NCBI GenBank assembly: GCA_036172245.1
Contig: JAYWIR010000006.1
Span: forward strand, 3,906,001 to 3,970,000
DNA: 64,000 nt
Source: Raillietiella orientalis
Taxonomy: Eukaryota
Direction: 5' to 3'
The notes under the pieces are model-generated. The model saw only the letters and a program-made list of their open reading frames with translations, searched no databases and had not been told where the DNA came from. A program made the position numbers and the translations under genes. Shown piece by piece: positions 37,501 to 49,250 of this stretch; position 1 is the stretch's first letter; each line of letters opens with the position of its first letter.

Positions 37501-39868
37501 AAATGGGAAGCAAACAACCCCCTTCATTCTGTAATCATGAAAAATCGTGAAACAGTTCAACACGATTAGTGAGGTAAAGGGCGGCGGCAATGCAGGCGTT
37601 CCATCAACGGCGTGCTTTCCTCATATGAACATCTCTTTCGTGTCGGAGCTGATTTGGCGGTGTTACATTCTTACATTCAGGTGCTGTCCTTTTGCTGAGT
37701 ACAGAAATGGGTTTACCAGTTGAACACTCTCAGGAACTGAGAGCCGCGGGGTGGGTGTCCAGTTGCTGTTTGAACGCCTTCTCAATGCAGGGAATCTCCC
37801 AAAACAAAAAGGTCATCGGTGCAATGGGAATGGCAACCTCCCGTGGAAGGCAAAATTGCGAGGGAGCAATCCCCAAAACGTTCCATTAGCAGGATGTATG
37901 GAAAATTCATGAAAGTAGCTTTTCACGAGCGGATACGACCAAACACAAGCACTATTCATCATTCGTCTGTCTAGGGAAAAAGTTGAATCCAGTTCATTTT
38001 CCAAGGCCTGGGTCTGACCAAAGCATCACTCATGCTTGATGTGGTGATGATGATGCATCTAGCGATCCTGAATGCACCTCGGTCCAAAGGCTTCAGAAAC
38101 TGTCCACTTCCTCAGTTTACGGCGGAGTAGACAAATACCAAAGGCTTTGCTAAAGGCTTTTTTTCCTTTTCTTTCCTTTTTGCATGCTGCTTTAGAAGCA
38201 CACGGGAAAACAATTCGGTATTCAGTTAGGAGTTTTAGGTGCACTGGAGAGAGTCCGTTTCCTAAGAGCTGACTTTTCGTAGTCGATTATATTTTCCCCT
38301 TTACTTGCTTTGTTCGTTTTCTGGTTGAAGAATGAAAACCAGTTGCTCCAAGTTATCTTCGATTTCATCCATCTATTTAAATAGAAGTAGCATGGCTATT
38401 GCAGTTTTTGCTCTAAGAGACATTACAAATGGTTTCGCCTTGAATTCACTTGAGCTCTTGAGGGGAAATCGTAGATGCCCATTCGCGGAAACTCAAGAAA
38501 CTCAAATTGTGGCCAACCCTCAGAATATTCACCATCCAGGCCTCAAGAGCCCATCCAATCTCTGGTTCTGAAAGATCTCACTTGTCTGTCCACCAGATGA
38601 ACAAAGCAGATTCTGGTTCGGCGAACTTGCTTTGCTTTGGGGCTCAACTTGCCCAAGTTTCGAAAGGCGACAGAGAGTGGAAAAGTAGAGTACTTACACA
38701 AAAAAAAAAGGAGGAAAGCAAGAACTGAAAATCGCTCGAACTGATAGGGCCTTAGCAGCTTCTCAATGCTTTGGGCGTAAGTTTTCAAATCCTCTCCTAA
38801 GGATTAAAGACGATGTAGGCTGCAAACAAGTGCAAACCATCATAGGTCCCATTCGAGCTGTTGGAGAAGGCTTACAACATCGTTGTAAAAATGCAAAGCT
38901 TGCATGAGAATGATGTTGGACAAGCTTTATGCATTATTCAAACGACCGTTTCGAAATTCTGAATCTCCACATCCGTATGTGTCGAGCAGGAAGGATTGTT
39001 CTCATCAGCTCACTGAGCATCCGATAATATCTTGGATTCCGGAGTCGCCATACACGAAATCTCAGTTTCATTGAGGTTCCTCTTTTTTTTTTGGTTTGAT
39101 CTTCAAGACCGCTGTTGGGATTTCACCCACACTCTGCCGCCTGAATTTGACACACGAAATATGGAAAAAGCGGCCTTCGCGGTAGATTTGAAAACATTTA
39201 CTGAAGTGGAATATACATCAATACATAAATTATCAGAGATGCCTTTCATGGCACACAGAAGCCATGATAGTTTTCGCGAACCGGTGTGAAATCGTACACA
39301 ATCGTTTTTAAGGAACAAATGCCTCCCTCCCAGATAAAAAAAAACAAAAAAACAAAAAAAAATGGATGGATATTTTATCTACATGGTTCGATACATCAGA
39401 TAGCAAGATTTCAGGTGCTGGAACAAAAGGGAACACAGGCAAAAGCAGCTTCTTTGCACGGAATATATTGCGTTTATGATTATTACTTCATGAATTCGTT
39501 TGAGGTTGTCATACGTGGTAACTTCTGCAATGGAATGCATTTCCTGAAGTTGAAAAGATCCCAAAATTCGTTTTACAAGAAGCACCCTCTGGTTTTGAAC
39601 TTTGCTAGGGGATGTTTCAAGAACGCTGCGCTTACTGGAAGTCTCAAGCAATGAATAAATATTACATTTTAAGGAATGCCACGAGGATTTTTGTTTTCTT
39701 CCCGAGTTGCATTCGTGTTTGCGACACCCAGTTTCGTAGAAGCATTCTATAAAAGACCCTTGTCTTCAAGAAGGCTAACAGTATTGGCATCCTAGAGGGT
39801 GGCCATGACGGCGTAGGATGGAGGCTTGAAGGCTTCAGCGGATGGTGATTTAAAAAGTTTCTCGCAGG

Positions 39869-40239
39869 TGATGCTCGATTCTCAGATCGCAAATGATGTG
39901 CACGCCTATTTAAGCAACCTTTCGTGCACTTTTCGTGCCCAACTCCCTGGATACGAATCCTCTTGCATTTTACTGCCCGAGACCTTTCGGATGTGCCTTG
40001 AAAAGATGCTGGGAACACGTAACTGCATCTCCGGTTTCCTGGAAACTGGCATCATCGAGTTTCAGCCACGTCGTGTTCGCCAACACACGTCGTGTATCGA
40101 TTCGTGCAAGAACTTCCAAAGATCTGTATCCCGTGGAGGGAATGTTTACCGGCACCGGGGATGCATCTTTGCTTACGGGATGCTGCGCGGGGAAAACGAA
40201 AAATTCCACGTGAAACTTGGCCGGAATCAAATAAACTGA
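39869..40239 (+). mobile_element. Possible pogo/Tigger-type DDE transposase C-terminal remnant
   Basis: FRMCLEKMLGTRNCISGFLETGIIEFQPRRV resembles the post-DDE motif (NI.SGF..TGI.P..P..V) of pogo-like transposases. No TIRs seen. Confidence 0.25.
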
Positions 40240-40873
40240 GGTTTTGGCAATAAGTCCAAAAATGGAAAAAAGAGAGGGGAAAGGGCAGTGGGAATTCACA
40301 GGAAGCAGCAGAGAGCTCCAGAGAAATGTCTGTGTGTGTGTGTGTGTTTTCCCGCCGTGTACGTGTCTGTCGGAAGGCACGCATGCAGCAGCAGGGCGAT
40401 GGTGCACTTTCGCGAGCGTTGCAGTGCAGCCCGTGCCGGGGGGTCCTGCCTTTGTGAATTGCAGCAGAAGCAGCAGCTCGGGAAGATTTCAAATCTCATC
40501 CGCTTCGCCCGAAAGAGGCGTTTCCTGTTTGTTTCTCCTGCCTCCTGCAGTTTCCAGCGGGAGATCGGGAGGACCTCGGTTGGCCCCAGGAGAGAATGCT
40601 GCTGAAACCTCGGATTGACGCGTGTTTGCGGGAGAGCGTGCTTTTAGGTACAGTAAAGACGATTTTGCAATGGGTATAATCTGTACAAGACATTTCTTTC
40701 CTTCGAGGAAAGAGCGGATTTTCGTCACCAGCGGAAAAAGCGTGTTGTAATGTAATCTTAGGAGGAAAGTCGGATCGCTGCTCCTTCTCTTCTGGGTAGC
40801 TGTTTTTTTTCTTTTTTTTTTTTCTTTTTTTTGGATATTCACTCACTGCTTAACCGTTCTTTCCCGTCCCCAT

Positions 40874-40899
40874 TATATATATATATATATATATATATA
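40874..40899. repeat. (TA)n microsatellite at the GC-rich to AT-rich boundary
   Basis: Direct reading. Confidence 0.9.
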
Positions 40900-41427
40900 A
40901 TGGGGACGGGAACCCAATATGTATACATATTTATTGGTACACATTTGAAATATCATCTGATTAGAAAGCCAAATTTTCAATTTAAGAAAAAAGCCTAGTG
41001 CTATGGAAATCACTCCCATCAAATCCAAATAATTCACAAACGAATTTTGTGAATTATGAAGCGATTGTGAAAAGTCCATCGTGTGATTTTGTGAAGATTG
41101 GCTCTCCGTTGCAGAGTTGGTGTGGCTTAAACTTTGCAAAGACTCGCCTTTGCGAATTCTCGAACCCAATGACGGGCTGACGAACGAGCAGTCGCGTATG
41201 TAATTCATGATTTTCAGTGTAAGAAATGAGATGTAGTGAGTACATTCATAGTTATGTGATCAATAAAACATACTGCAGTCAGTTGCCTCATGGCCGTGTT
41301 AAAATAATATGGTTGACGATTGTATTCCGAAAAGTTGATACCGCATTCACCAGCATCCTCCAAACAGCAGTTTTGGAAAATTGGGAGGTGGTGGCTTTTC
41401 GGTTTCGTGTACAGTACGCTTCCTTCC

Positions 41428-41481
41428 AGTTATATATATATATATAACTCGAAGTTATATATATATATATATATATAACTT
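41428..41481. repeat. Two tandem palindromic AGT(TA)nACT units
   Basis: agttatatatatatatataact cg aagttatatatatatatatatatataactt. Confidence 0.8.
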
Positions 41482-41519
41482 CTAAACTGGAACGTGTCAA
41501 GTTTCTATTCAATCGGTTG

Positions 41520-44500
41520 GCACATTCGTTAATTTTAGGGATATTGTTAATGTGTAATTAAAAGACAGTAAGATTGTTAGTGTTTTTATGTATTCAAATT
41601 CTTACCCAAAATTGATTTTTTTTGCCCTTCATTTTAATATAAATGCCTCAGATCAAAAAAATACTAATCTTGCATGTTACAAATACTTTGATGTGTGCGC
41701 GCGGTTTTTTTTTGATGATTGTATAGTTTTCAGATAAAATTTCAAAAGTTGAAGTAATGTTTGATTTGACAGAGATATCCATATGCACATATGTGTTTAA
41801 TACATGATGCACAGTTCACTAAACCTTCAAGAAAATCAATTCATCTAGCGATGTATTTGCCATGAAATAATTAAGTGGTGTTACATAGGAGCAACAGATA
41901 CATTTCATTCTCACCTCTTTCATAGCCTGTTGTTTTTATGAAATATATAGCTTTGCAATTTAGGAATTGCTATTAGTGTACGTGCTTATTATTGTATCCA
42001 ATTTACAATGTCAGCATATGATTATTTTTCTGTTACTGCACTTAGTATTTGGTATTTCATTTTCTGCTGTTTGCAAAAGTGCCCTTGGAGATGGCATTCT
42101 GTTGTGTTATCAGGAAACGGATAATTTATTTAATTTTCGTAATAATTTCTCGTGTTTATGCAATTAACTTGCATACCATACTGCCATTGTAGAGATGAAT
42201 GTTTTGTTTTTGTTTTTGCACCAGTTAATTTTGTAAAGTTGATGCATTTGCTGTCGGTTTTCCTGTTGAATTATTTGGTTTTTGAGGAGTCGATACAAAG
42301 CAGAATTCTTAATTTTTATTGTACACCATAATACAAAGAATAATTTGAATTTTTGGTTTCATTTTTGATCATTTTAGATAACTTAACAAAGGAAAATGTA
42401 AATTCATAGATAAGAGTAATTTCAAAATTTTCGTGTTTATTGTCTGTTCATTCATATTAGTTTATTCATCTGAGCTTTCTATTTTTGAGTGGTTTACCAT
42501 TCATTCTAAACCAAACCGTCTATGGTCAGCTGTAATCTATTTTTTTCCTTCAATCAATCAGTTGATCTGTAAAGCAAGAATTCAATAATGCAAAGCTCAT
42601 TTTTTTTTACCCTTAGCTCATTTTTCACTTTTAATACTCTTGTGCATTCAGTTTGGCATTTGTAATGTTGACTGTTACCATAAACAAGTAAGTTTACAAA
42701 GTAATTAGACTGGAAGGAATTCACACTGATAGCAGTCTTTGTAGAACATGACTTAGTTTGTCAGTTTAAAATCGGCAGTTTTCAAAATTGATCTATAATT
42801 TAATATTATTTAAATAAATGCAGAGGGCATATGCATTAAACTCTGTGGCAAAGGAAGAAAAAATTCCAGTTTTAATTTTTTTAAAACATTTGAATCAATC
42901 AAAAATAACTGTTTGGTATCTGATTTATTATTCCGAGTTTGGTTTTCTGCAACAAAACAAATTTTTGCTCAATATTGTGCACTTTGCATGCATTTAGATT
43001 TTATTTTCTTCCTTTTTTTTGCGTAATTTTCCTTCATTCCTCCGTATGCTTGATTTCTTTTCTTTCATTACACTATTGCTTTTCTTGCATATAACCATGT
43101 TTTGTTTCATTTATTGTTGTGACATTTGAAAAAACCTGTAGTCTGTGTTCAGCATGTGTTAATATCTTTGGATTTTTTTTGTTCCTGTTATCATTTTATG
43201 CTATCATCTGATTTCTCAAATAAGATTTCTCAGCATCACATTTGTTTTGAGAGATAATTAATTTATAACATTAGTTCATGTTTATGAGGATCTCTTGCTT
43301 ACTATATTGACTAGCTAGTCCTGTGCATTTTACAATCTAATGCTAAGATTAACTTTAATAGTATATGGTCTGCACTTTCTTTTCATTTATTTACTCATAG
43401 ATGGACAGGAGAATTTTGAGCATTTATTAGACTTAATTGTATAATGTTCTAAATGTTGCAGTCTGCAGTGACTTGTGCCACTGAAAGCATTTATAGTGTT
43501 CACATGGATCCTGTTTTTGCATGTGTTTTCTTTGTATTGATGGTTATGCATTTATAGTTTACATGATCATGTTTTATTGTCTAAATCGTTTGATGATGAT
43601 AGATGTTACCTGATAGATGTTGAAATATTTGCTAAGTGTTTTTCACATAATATGTATTTGTTAATTTCGTTTTTATCCACCATTATTCATGCACTTTTTT
43701 TTCTTGAATGTGAAAAGTGAAGTTAGTTTTGTTGATCTGCAGGTGTAGGTTGAAAACCCATCAGATCCTTGCATTTTGGCCAGTTTCTCATTTCAGTTTT
43801 GTTCCATTTTACCCTTTCGACTGATACTGTGTGCCCAACTGTTTTTTTGTCCAACTAACTGTGTGAGTTTTATAGTTTACTTTTTTCATATTTCTAATAA
43901 GTTCAGGTGCCAATTTATGCAATTAAAGATTCCAATGAGAGTTTGATGTCTCAGGAGTTAATAATTAGCTTGATGTCTTGGATTAACTTTCTGTAATTTG
44001 AAATACGGAAAGGGTTTTGTTTCAATAATGAAATCTGCCCTTTATGCTACAGACTGTGCCTGCTTGCTGTTTGCCATATTCATGCTTGTTCTGTTGTTAA
44101 ATGGCTCCTTGTGCTTTTGTCACTTTTTGTTGGAAAACTGCTGAAGATGTTTTAATGTAACTACCTTATTTCTGGTGAAACAGACACTATGCTGCAAGGG
44201 GTATTGTTATTGTGACTTTCAAATTGTGCTTCTAACATGCATCTTTTGAGCATGATTCCATTTAAAGTGATATTAACTCAGTATGTCTGGTATATGGATT
44301 TTTATCTGGACAAGTTGACTGAGCAAAATATGTTGATGTCCACGTAATGTCCATGTAGATGTTTAAAGAATGTGTTTAACAAGTATTGTTTCTGTTCCAG
44401 TAAAGTAATTGTGTTTTTTTCAGTTTTCATTGGAAATACTTTGAAGGTTTTGTGAGTTTTATTTAATGCAAAAAATTAGTGGTTGCAATCCCCCTCCCCA

Positions 44501-46748
44501 ATCAGAAGTATGAAATTTAATTATTCTAGTTATTTCATGATTTCTTCTGACTGTAATGGCGACAAATATCCACATTGCTTCTTGAGATTGCATCAAATGT
44601 TTCACATTCTTCAGTTTAAATTATGAACTGAAAATCAACTTCATTTTAAAATGTATGTTTGTATGTAGAACTGGGTTAACTCTGTGTTGTGAGTGGGATG
44701 TAATGCAAGCAAGTATTGTTTGTTTTTTTTGTTTGCATTATGTGTCCCCAAGATTATGTGTATAGCTGATATTAAAGATACGAAAAGGTATCGGTATAAT
44801 TGAAAACATTGTTCATGGTGCTTATCATCACATGGCAACCGTAAATAATAAACATCAATCATATTCAGTTGTAAAGTGCGACTTGGCATTACTAATGCTA
44901 GAATATAAGGAACATGCTGTTGTAAGGGTCCTAATGTAAACAGTATCTTGGAGAAAACATGGTGCTAAGATAAGAACAAATGAGTTATATTTAATCCAGA
45001 GTGGTGTAATATAATTTGGTTTCTCAAAAAATCAATATTTGTGTGCAAGCTTTAGCATCGCTTTAAACTTGCAATTGATTTTGAGGTAATGCATAAAGAA
45101 GTCTTATGATCAGACCAGTAAAATAATGGAGTATTTACCAGGTATTGAATCATGTTAGAACATGTCTAGAGATTAAGAAATTTTTCAACTTCGGACATGT
45201 TCTGGTGGAATAAGGTAGATACATGCATTAAGCATTTAGTTTGCTTTTGCACTTGTTCTATTGGTGATGTTCAAGAAATTTAACGTCATTTATAATCCAA
45301 GGAATAAATCTGTATGCATAGAGTAATAATGTACCTAAAAGTGAAAATATAATGTGGTTAGGTTGCCAACAAGTTTTTTGGTTTTCTCAGTGCTGTTTGG
45401 TTACATTTGCTTTGCCAGATTCCTAGATGAGATCTTCAGATTTGGCGATGTGAGTCACCTGTTATCCCACAACAGTGTAGCTGGGAGAGTGTGTATGTTA
45501 TTTGCATCAGAGTCATACTCTTATCACACAAAACATTTGCATTCATACATTCATCTACACACGAATCAGTCTATACATGTTCAGTTAGTTTCCCCATGTA
45601 CTGATGTACTCTGATCTGTGTTTATACAGTGTTTAGAGTCTTTTCAAAGGGATGCATTTCAGCTTCATCAGGAGTCATTATGTTCCAGATGAAATCTTGA
45701 TCCATTTTGCAAAGAACTGTCTCTTTTCCTGTTTGTATCTTTTTTCCCCAGTTGTAGGGCCTTTTTCTGAAATTTATGAAACAAATTGTTTCAATTTTTT
45801 CCATTATGATTAGGCTCGTGCATCCCTTACCATGTGGGCATTTGTTGCAGAATTCTCTCATCTCTCTCAGAATTCTCTATACAGCAAAGCATCAAGAATC
45901 ATTCTATTTTTCACCATTTTCTCATCAGTTTACCACCTGTGTAGAAGAAACAGGAATAAAAGTACTTGTAAGAAATCCTATGCAGGTAGCATCTGGGTAG
46001 CTGTTAATTCTACTAAAATTGAACTCTTGATAATGAGCAAAGAAATTGGCATAACTTGCAATATGGAAACCGGATGTGCAAAAAAATCAAGAGGCAATGA
46101 GGCACGTTATAATGGAGAAAGTTTCAGGTATGCTAAAGTTCATCATTCGGAAAATTAATTTGTTTTGAGTTTTATTTTAAATTTCATGCTGGAAAGTGAT
46201 TTTTTTCAGTTTTATGAGAGTAAGTTTGTGGTATTTTTTTGTTACATTATTCTTGCAATGAGTTGAAAGCATTTCAAATTATGAAGGTATGATGCAGGTA
46301 TGTGTACATAGTAACAAACGTAGCAGTCAAAGAAAGAAGGATTTAGGGCATATGGTATTTTGTTTGGTCCAGGAATTGAAAGGAACTTTAGATAAGGTGC
46401 AGTAATCAAAGGAATGATGTTTTTTCTTATGAGCTCATAATCAATGTGAAAAATTCACCAGGATTGTGTACCAAAAAGTGTTTGAAGTTTTATGATGCTA
46501 ATTTTTGAAACTTGTAAAAATCCTCTAGTCAACTGTGCAGAAAAAATGGTCAAATAACAGTAGGAAGGACTTGAACATATATTAGGCATGTGATTTTTGA
46601 AACTCTGATATATTTGCATTTAAAACATTTTTGTATTTAATTACCTCTGAGAACGGAAATGTTTGGATCTTTTAAGGCACTTTTCCTTATTCATGATTTA
46701 GACAATTTAGTCACTAACAAAAGAAGCTTAATTCTCTGTCATTTTCAG
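41520..46748 (+). ncRNA. Candidate multi-exon non-coding or 5'-leader transcript with structured introns (snoRNA-host-like), ending at the acceptor before SMIM20
   Basis: No credible ORF over 5 kb, with strong T excess on + and scarce CpG. Micro-exon-like units: ttttcag|41734-41753|gtaatg, ttttcag|44424-44451|gtgagt and ttttcag|46210-46219|gtaagt. Final acceptor attttcag at 46748. Many stem-loops. Confidence 0.4.
41766..41905 (+). ncRNA. Candidate intronic box H/ACA snoRNA
   Basis: Hairpin (41766-41830), then an H box AGAAAA (41830-41835), then a hairpin (ATCT/AGAT and ATGTA/TACAT stems), then ACA (41900-41902) + 3 nt. It lies inside a putative 172-nt intron (41754-41925). No target verified. 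Confidence 0.35.
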
Positions 46749-46763
46749 TTTCATAGTGCTAAA

Positions 46764-47053
46764 ATGAGATTGAATAACTACAAAATTTTTGCTTGTTTTG
46801 GAACAGCAGTCGGCATAGTTATTTTACCGATAATTATATTTCCTATGTTCAACCCTTCTAAATACAGTGAGTGTATGTGTTTACTGTTAATGCATTGAGA
46901 TTGTTCACTTTTCAGAAAAGATTCAGAAGCAAACTCGTAAACTTCCACTTGAACAAACTCAGCCTGGAGGTAAAATCTCTAGATTGTAGTGAATGTAGTT
47001 TACAAATTTTCCCAGGAATGAGAGTCTGGAGTAATCCATTTGATGAGAAATAA
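46764..47053 (+). CDS. SMIM20: Small integral membrane protein 20 (MITRAC7 / phoenixin precursor family), 64 aa
   Basis: Exons 46764-46866, 46916-46969 and 47016-47053 (GT-AG introns of 49 and 46 nt) give MRLNNYKIFACFGTAVGIVILPIIIFPMFNPSKYKKIQKQTRKLPLEQTQPGGMRVWSNPFDEK*. It has one TM segment, YKKxQ...R, and C-terminal QPGGMRVWSNPF matching the SMIM20 QPPGLKVWSDPF signature. Confidence 0.9.
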
Positions 47054-47065
47054 GAATCCTTATCA

Positions 47066-49250
47066 ATGGCATTTCCCTATAATCTTAAATTGTTAGATGA
47101 GCGACATGTATCTACAGCCATTGAGCATTTACTTTGGTCTCCAAAGATGGATCTTTTATTACTTGCCAATAGTCAGGGAGATGTTATGTTACACCGACTT
47201 TCCTGGCAGAAAGTTTGGCATAAAAGATCGATTCAGGAAGGTGTTCAAGTGTGTTCTTTGGCTTGGCGTCCTGATGGAAGAGTTGCTGCTGTTGGATATG
47301 GTTCAGGTAGGCATAATGGAGGAGGGTGGTCTCTTCAATTAATGATTTTTCTTTCTTTTCTCAGGCCAGTTAGTTCTCTTGAATATTGAGACTGCTGAAG
47401 TATTACATCAGCATGAGCTAGGTGATGCTGTAGTGAGTTTGCATTGGATAGAAAACAGCGATCAGTCCATGCCTGAATGTTGTGGTTTTGAATACATCAA
47501 TTATCTGCCATCTCTGCCAGCTTTGCCTAACAGAAATGGAACCATGAAGCAAGATGACAGTGGAAACGATTACTTATCAGATTTTCCCGAGTCAAAAACC
47601 AGCAAGAACATCAATGTTTTGGTGGCTGGTACAGCTCAAAGAACTGCATATATGTTTGCTTTGGGCATGTTTTTGTGTGGATTTGTGACTTTTGAAAACT
47701 CCGATAAGGTGTTGCAGCATGTATTTCTTACCAAAAACTTTAGTCAATTAATTGGTGTCTTAGTCCCTGAAGATGCTGGACTAATTACTGTGTACCAAGC
47801 AAACACAGAAGTACTCCACAACTGGAGAGTTCCGATTTTTTTGTTTGCTGGACAGCATTCAACTCTTCTTCATTTGTGTACTTATATCCAAAATACCATT
47901 CAAGCTATTCATGATGCCTGGGAAGATGTGCTGTTGGATATGGATGCAAAGCTAGAAGCATATGCTCGTTCATGTCCTGGAGGGTCAGCATCAGCGGATT
48001 TTCTAGATCTTCTGATGTTTGGAACAGCATCTGATCAGTTGACCAGTTTTCTTCTGCAACAGCTCAATATGAAAGCTCTGAAGAAAACAGGTCATGCTTT
48101 GGAGCTTAGTTACACCAACATCCAGAAGCTGTTGTTGCATCACCTGCAACCTGCTGGCCATCATCTGCTTCTCAGACTGCAACATCTGCATGGTTTGGGT
48201 CGCATGTACCCAGTGTTGGGGCTGGAACTCGAGTCCTTGGTTTCTCTGCGCAGAGCAGCAGAAACCTTTCTTTGCAAAACACTAGAATTACAGCAGTTAA
48301 TTGATAGCTCTGTACGCAGTTTACAAGCATTTTATCGCTGGGTACATGGAGTTATTTTAAGAATGGCAGAGGATTCAGAACCTGAGCCTAGTCATTTAAC
48401 CCAACAAGATTTGAGTTCACTGGCTATATTTTTGGATCATCATTTCTCGAAATACGAACAAAGAACTTCTGACGTTCCTTGCAGCTTAGACAAAGTGGGT
48501 CAGTATTTACAAGATGCTGATCTCCCTTTCCTTCCCCGTGCTACATCTCCATGGGCAGCGTTTCTGAAAACAGTGCCTGAACTTCAAGACATTGATATGA
48601 TATTTGTAGATGAACCCCGCAAGTCCTTAGTGCAAAAATTTAATAGCCTCCAGAAAAGTTTGCATCAGATCCTTACTCAGGCCACTGCTTCTTTGCAAGC
48701 AAATATTATGCCTCCTGTTCCCATCCTTACTGATCGTAATCTCTGTGGTGATTCCGTTCGAGCAACTTTCTTGGATCCCTATTGTGCACTGCTCCCTGTC
48801 AGAAGTTCAGCCTCGTCAGATCTCTTCATTTTAAATTTGAAATCCCCTCAAGAAGTCCAAGGTCTCTGTGTGGCATTCAGTCATCCTGAATTGCAGACCA
48901 TGATCAGTAAACTTCAGCCTATCGATGTTGGCTTTTATTCTGCAGAACAGTTGTTTGTGCTTTTAGGAAACAGCACCAGTTGTGTTCTATTGCACTTTCC
49001 TTTAGGCTGGTTCCAGCAATTTTTTCATCCCGTTTCATCTTATTTTGCACAGATCACAGATATACAGCAACCTTTATCAGGTGCTAGCTTGAAGAAACTG
49101 GATAGTTGGAACGCTCATAGTTTTGCAGTGAGTGGACTTCGTAAAGTGATAGCCATTTTGTTCAAAACGCAGAAGAGATTGCGTCTATATGAGACAGAAG
49201 TGGAAGAAGAAGAAGAAATTTTTCGTGATAGCATTAACGTTGAAGACTGA
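47066..49250 (+). CDS. ANAPC4: Anaphase-promoting complex subunit 4, about 708 aa
   Basis: Exons 47066-47306 and 47365-49250 (58-nt GT-AG intron, phase 1). WD40 N-terminus LLWSPKMDLLLLAN..G.V.LHRLSWQKVW...LAWRPDGR; helical region AWEDVLLDMDAKL...ADFLDLLMFG.AS..L..FL; C-terminal FAVSGLRKV...RLRLYETE. Confidence 0.95.

Noticed and set aside
45129..46651. Spliced-leader-like (GTATTTACCAG, TTTAATTACC) and Sm-site-like (AATTTTTG) words
   Set aside because: Short matches in very AT-rich sequence, and not arranged as leader-donor-Sm site within about 100 nt.
41500..46750. Telomerase RNA or known miRNA cluster
   Set aside because: No 1.5-repeat telomeric template and no recognisable conserved mature miRNA found by eye.
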